A stretch of DNA of 64,000 nt from Coleofasciculus sp. B1-GNL1-01 (lineage in GTDB: Bacteria; Cyanobacteriota; Cyanobacteriia; Cyanobacteriales; Coleofasciculaceae), in NCBI GenBank assembly GCA_040220235.1, contig JAVJTO010000047.1. The stretch is one strand, 5' to 3'. A program made the position numbers and the translations under genes. Positions 60,523 through 64,000 of this stretch are shown in pieces. The notes beneath the pieces are model-generated. The model did no database searches, was not told the DNA's origin, and saw only the letters and a list, made by a program, of their open reading frames with translations. Within the stretch, counting starts at the first letter, position 1; every line of letters starts with the position of its first letter.

Positions 60523-61362
60523 TCACAAACCGCCATCGAGAACGAGTTGATCCGTAACTTGTAGAGCATAGTGCCAAATTAAATAGCCTTGAGGATTTAG
60601 GTGCAAGCCGTCGGTACTCAATTCCATTTTCAGATTGCCTTCGGTATCGGCGAATAGGGGATAGAGATCCAGGTAAATGGCATCTTCCGACTCCGCGATC
60701 GCTTTCAATCGCTGGTTAATCTCTAAGATACGACTGTTGGGGATTTCCAAGAGGCGATCGCGCCCTTCCCAGGTGGCGTTTTCCCCACTATGGGGCAAAA
60801 TCGATTGGACAATAATTTTGGCTTGGGGATGATTGCGCCGTAGGTAGCGAATAATCAGCCGTTGGTTGGCTAAAATCGTCTCATCGGTGATCCCTCGAAT
60901 GACGTCATTGATGCCAATCATCAAAAAGATGATCTCTGGCTGGGTTTGATCCAACACATCCAAGCGATTTAGCAATCCGGCTGTCGTTTCCCCAGAAATT
61001 CCCTGATTTAGCCAGGTTCGTTGCGTGGGTAGCATCTCATTGGGAAACCAGAGACTGATAGAATCTCCCAAAAGTATGGCTAAATCCTCCGGCTTCTGCT
61101 TCACCATCACCTCAGCTTCTTGTTCCAGCAGCGCCACCCACTGCTGGTAATTGAACTGGTGGCGGGGCCCGAGTTCGGGGACAGGGGTAGGGGTTGCTTC
61201 TGCTTCTGGAGTCGCATCAGTGGCTAGAGACTGGCTAACCGCAGACGGGATAGCTCCTTGGTATTGGCGCAGCAATACACTCGCGATCGCTAGCACCAGT
61301 ACGCCATTGACAGCGAGGGAGAACACCGCCCAAGTTGGAAAGCTTTTCGAGGTTATGGACAC
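60523..61362 (-). CDS. SGNH/GDSL hydrolase with N-terminal membrane anchor (GTG start inferred; ORF open to 61467)
   Basis: LGDSIS, NQGISGE, IGIND, DGLHLN. Confidence 0.9.
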   Translation of the reverse strand: MSITSKSFPTWAVFSLAVNGVLVLAIASVLLRQYQGAIPSAVSQSLATDATPEAEATPTPVPELGPRHQFNYQQWVALLEQEAEVMVKQKPEDLAILLGDSISLWFPNEMLPTQRTWLNQGISGETTAGLLNRLDVLDQTQPEIIFLMIGINDVIRGITDETILANQRLIIRYLRRNHPQAKIIVQSILPHSGENATWEGRDRLLEIPNSRILEINQRLKAIAESEDAIYLDLYPLFADTEGNLKMELSTDGLHLNPQGYLIWHYALQVTDQLVLDGGL

Positions 61363-61514
61363 TTGTCTAGATTCAGCATCGGCTCTCTCATCAGATTGTA
61401 GTTCTATTCCACTGTTGCCGATCACAAAAACAATAACAAAGGGGCAATTCATGAATTGCCCCGACAAGATGGTATTAACAAATTAACCAGCGTCCCGAAC
61501 CAAAAGCGCTCCCG

Positions 61515-63089
61515 TTAAACTTCCGAGCCGCGAGGAATGTCCGCCGTACTACCACTGACGCTACCAAAGGAGCTACTGGTCAACACATCGGATTCCTTAA
61601 CAAATCCACTGTAGGCTTCCATTCCATGTTCGCTAATATCCAAGCCATGGATTTCTTCTTCGGCGTGTACTCGTAGTCCCAAAGTCGCTTTCAGAGCTAG
61701 CCAAACAATGGAGCTAAATGCAACGGTGAAACCGCCTACACAGAGGATACCCAACAGTTGAACACCCAGTTGACCGAGTCCTCCCCCATAAATCAAGCCG
61801 AGTCGTTGACCCGCATCATTTTCAGCGAAGGTGAAGATACCAACAGCAATGGTGCCCCAGATCCCGTTAACTAAGTGGACAGAAATCGCACCCACGGGGT
61901 CATCGATATGGATATTGTCAAAGAAGGAAACCGCAAAAACCACGATAATGCCCCCAATCAGACCAATTATGATGGCTGATAGATAGGAAACGGCATTACA
62001 GGGGGCGGTAATCGCCACTAAGCCAGCTAAGATGCCGTTAATAATCATCGATAGGTCAGGTTTACCATCTTTTAACCAAGAGGTAATCGTGGCAGCAATA
62101 CCGCCAGCCGCAGCAGCAAGGTTTGTGGTTACTGCGATGTAGGGAACTTCGGCATCGGCAGCTAGCTGAGAACCAGGGTTAAATCCAAACCAGCCGATCC
62201 AGAGAATCAAGCATCCTAGTGTGGCAATACTCATATTGTGACCGGGAATCGCATTGATTTGACCGTCTCTATATTTCCCTTCACGGGGTCCAAGAAAGGC
62301 TGCTCCCATCAACGCCGCCCAACCACCAACCGAGTGAACCACGGTTGAGCCAGCAAAGTCGGAAAAGCCCATGCCTCCTAGCCAACCACCACCCCAGACC
62401 CAATGTCCGGTAATCGGATAGGAGATTCCCGTCAACAAAAGACTGAAAACGAGAAAGTCAATAAACCTAATCCGTTCAGCAACCGCACCCGAAACAATGG
62501 TGGCAGCAGTTCCGGCGAAGGCAGCTTGGAACAGGAAAAACACGGATATCGGTAAGCCTGTAGGGAATGGATCAAGTCCATAAGTACCCGGATCGGTGCT
62601 AGTTAGGAAAAATCCACCCAAACCAATAAATCCAGTTCCTGCACCGAACATGAAGGAAAACCCAATTGCCCAAAATGCAATGGTTGCTAGGGCAAAGACA
62701 ATCAGGTTTTTGGAGAGAATGTTAACCGCATTTTTCTGACGACAGAATCCGGTTTCCAGCATACCGAATCCGGCATTCATGAAGATTACCAGAATGGCAG
62801 CAATCAATACCCAGATGGCGTTTAAGGTTCCCTGAAGTTGGGCAATGGCATCGGCGTCAACTGCCTCCGTTTGAGCAATGGCTGCCGTATTCCAAACCAC
62901 GACAATAATTGCTGTTAGGGGAATACAAGCCAGCCAGTAGGGAGAAAAGGATCTAGCGATGGTTTTCAATGGATCGAAATAGGGAGAATCCCAGAAGGAG
63001 GGGGAAACATTTGGTAAATCAACTTGTCTAGTTTTTGGGGGAGACTTTTTTCGGTCGAAAGTTTTCTCGAACGTTCGTCTAGACATCAT
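61515..63089 (-). CDS. amt: Ammonium transporter (Amt1 type)
   Basis: [53 protein letters not shown]. Confidence 0.97.
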   Translation of the reverse strand: MMSRRTFEKTFDRKKSPPKTRQVDLPNVSPSFWDSPYFDPLKTIARSFSPYWLACIPLTAIIVVVWNTAAIAQTEAVDADAIAQLQGTLNAIWVLIAAILVIFMNAGFGMLETGFCRQKNAVNILSKNLIVFALATIAFWAIGFSFMFGAGTGFIGLGGFFLTSTDPGTYGLDPFPTGLPISVFFLFQAAFAGTAATIVSGAVAERIRFIDFLVFSLLLTGISYPITGHWVWGGGWLGGMGFSDFAGSTVVHSVGGWAALMGAAFLGPREGKYRDGQINAIPGHNMSIATLGCLILWIGWFGFNPGSQLAADAEVPYIAVTTNLAAAAGGIAATITSWLKDGKPDLSMIINGILAGLVAITAPCNAVSYLSAIIIGLIGGIIVVFAVSFFDNIHIDDPVGAISVHLVNGIWGTIAVGIFTFAENDAGQRLGLIYGGGLGQLGVQLLGILCVGGFTVAFSSIVWLALKATLGLRVHAEEEIHGLDISEHGMEAYSGFVKESDVLTSSSFGSVSGSTADIPRGSEV

Positions 63090-63415
63090 TTCGTTCTCTT
63101 TCCTGTATTTCTGGTGGAACACATCCTAACATTGAGCTAAGAAGCGGTAAATAAAGTCATTGGAAGTCTGACTTAGAAGAGGGATAAGTACCTAAGTATG
63201 ACAGAACTCTGTGCCTATTTTCTTTGGTTTACGTGCCAGCTTATAACGTTGCTGCCTGATTAAGGAATCGGGAGTTTGGTAAGTTGGCTTGTCTACGTTA
63301 GACAAAACCCTACAAATAACTTGCCAGATAGTCAAGAGCCTCAATTCTTCTCAATAACTGGGTTCATTATCTTTAGGAAATTTTCAAATCTTCGATTTTT
63401 TGGCTGGATATTTCT

Positions 63416-63429
63416 GTAACAAAATATAC
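63416..63429. promoter_or_regulatory. NtcA-binding site upstream of amt
   Basis: GTA-ACAAAATA-TAC matches GTAN8TAC; cyanobacterial amt1 is an established NtcA target. Confidence 0.75.
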
Positions 63430-63736
63430 TTTTTGGGGCGTGAGTCCTTAAAATATATTGCGGTAGCCCCCTAGCTGAGAGCTTCTGTCATCAAGACTTG
63501 GGTCAACCCGCCACCAGTTTGGTAGCCTGAGTTGACGGTTTTTCACGCGAGAGCGAACCGCCCTTTTGATTTTGCCTAAGCCTATTGATTTGACAATGAT
63601 TAAGATTTAAATAAGCCTAAGAATTTAGGTCTCTCAAATAACGTCTTAATTACTTAATAAAAATTTATTTGGTGTTAAGTTTTGATTGTTATAGCTAATC
63701 TTTCCAGAGAAAAGCTTCAGAGGTGATAATTTAACG

Positions 63737-63825
63737 TGACGCGGAAGTCTCCACCTTCAAGACGAGCGGGTTGTATCGAGCCGCAGGTGAGTACCCACAA
63801 TGTCTAAGGTGGAGATAGGGAGCGG
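63737..63825 (+). mobile_element. Possible IS200/IS605-type end remnant
   Basis: GACGCGGAAG-TCTCCACCTT...AAGGTGGAGA-TAGGGAGCG stem resembling cyanobacterial IS605 subterminal hairpins; no transposase. Confidence 0.4.
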
Positions 63826-64000
63826 ATTGACGGAGGTACGGAGTCAATCAATAATCAATCCCGGATTTCTCACCACAATTGCCCAAAGGCTCATACACCC
63901 TGGATTAACCGTAGAATAAGGCTTTCAACACTCTGTCAAAATTCAGTGTCGGTCAAAAATGCTCGAAACCTACTCCAGGTAAAGGTTTCGACGACTCAGA

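Noticed and set aside
63496..63506. 11-nt match (ACTTGGGTCAA) between a CRISPR spacer end and the amt upstream region
   Set aside because: An 11-mer match to some part of a 40-nt spacer is expected about once by chance in 64 kb on two strands, and it does not extend
63502..63536. GTCAAC...GTTGAC as a second IscB omegaRNA start
   Set aside because: Lacks the downstream CAG.CT.AG, CTACGTT and ACATTG.CGAGG blocks and no iscB follows

Overview
A 64-kb chromosomal window from a filamentous cyanobacterium. Frequent HIP1 GCGATCGC octamers, heptamer STRR tracts and REP/MITE-packed intergenic regions suggest a Coleofasciculus-like organism (inference). Housekeeping genes (panC/cmk, der, ecfT, sat, mnmA, ccaA, ispH, amt, a giant PilL/HmpE-type CheA) are mixed with accessory signalling and conflict genes. 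RNA-guided and mobile parts: an apparently intact IscB element with its omega/HEARO RNA (16888-18511), an orphan TnpB-type right-end RNA between two convergent genes (45743-45920), and a cas-less 3-repeat CRISPR mini-array with leader (56024-56385). Other notable loci: a candidate caspase-like protease/sigma-factor island (146-bp triplicated promoter, TPR-CHAT, Rpn, HTH/DUF1822, three unknown genes, sigma-70-like; 20491-29723), an ABC-ATPase + DUF4276 defence-like pair, a DUF559 nuclease next to its palindromic repeat, a miniaturised Vipp1/PspA, an RHH-histidine kinase fusion and a degenerate PilB paralogue. All calls are from motif recognition by eye; no database searches were run.
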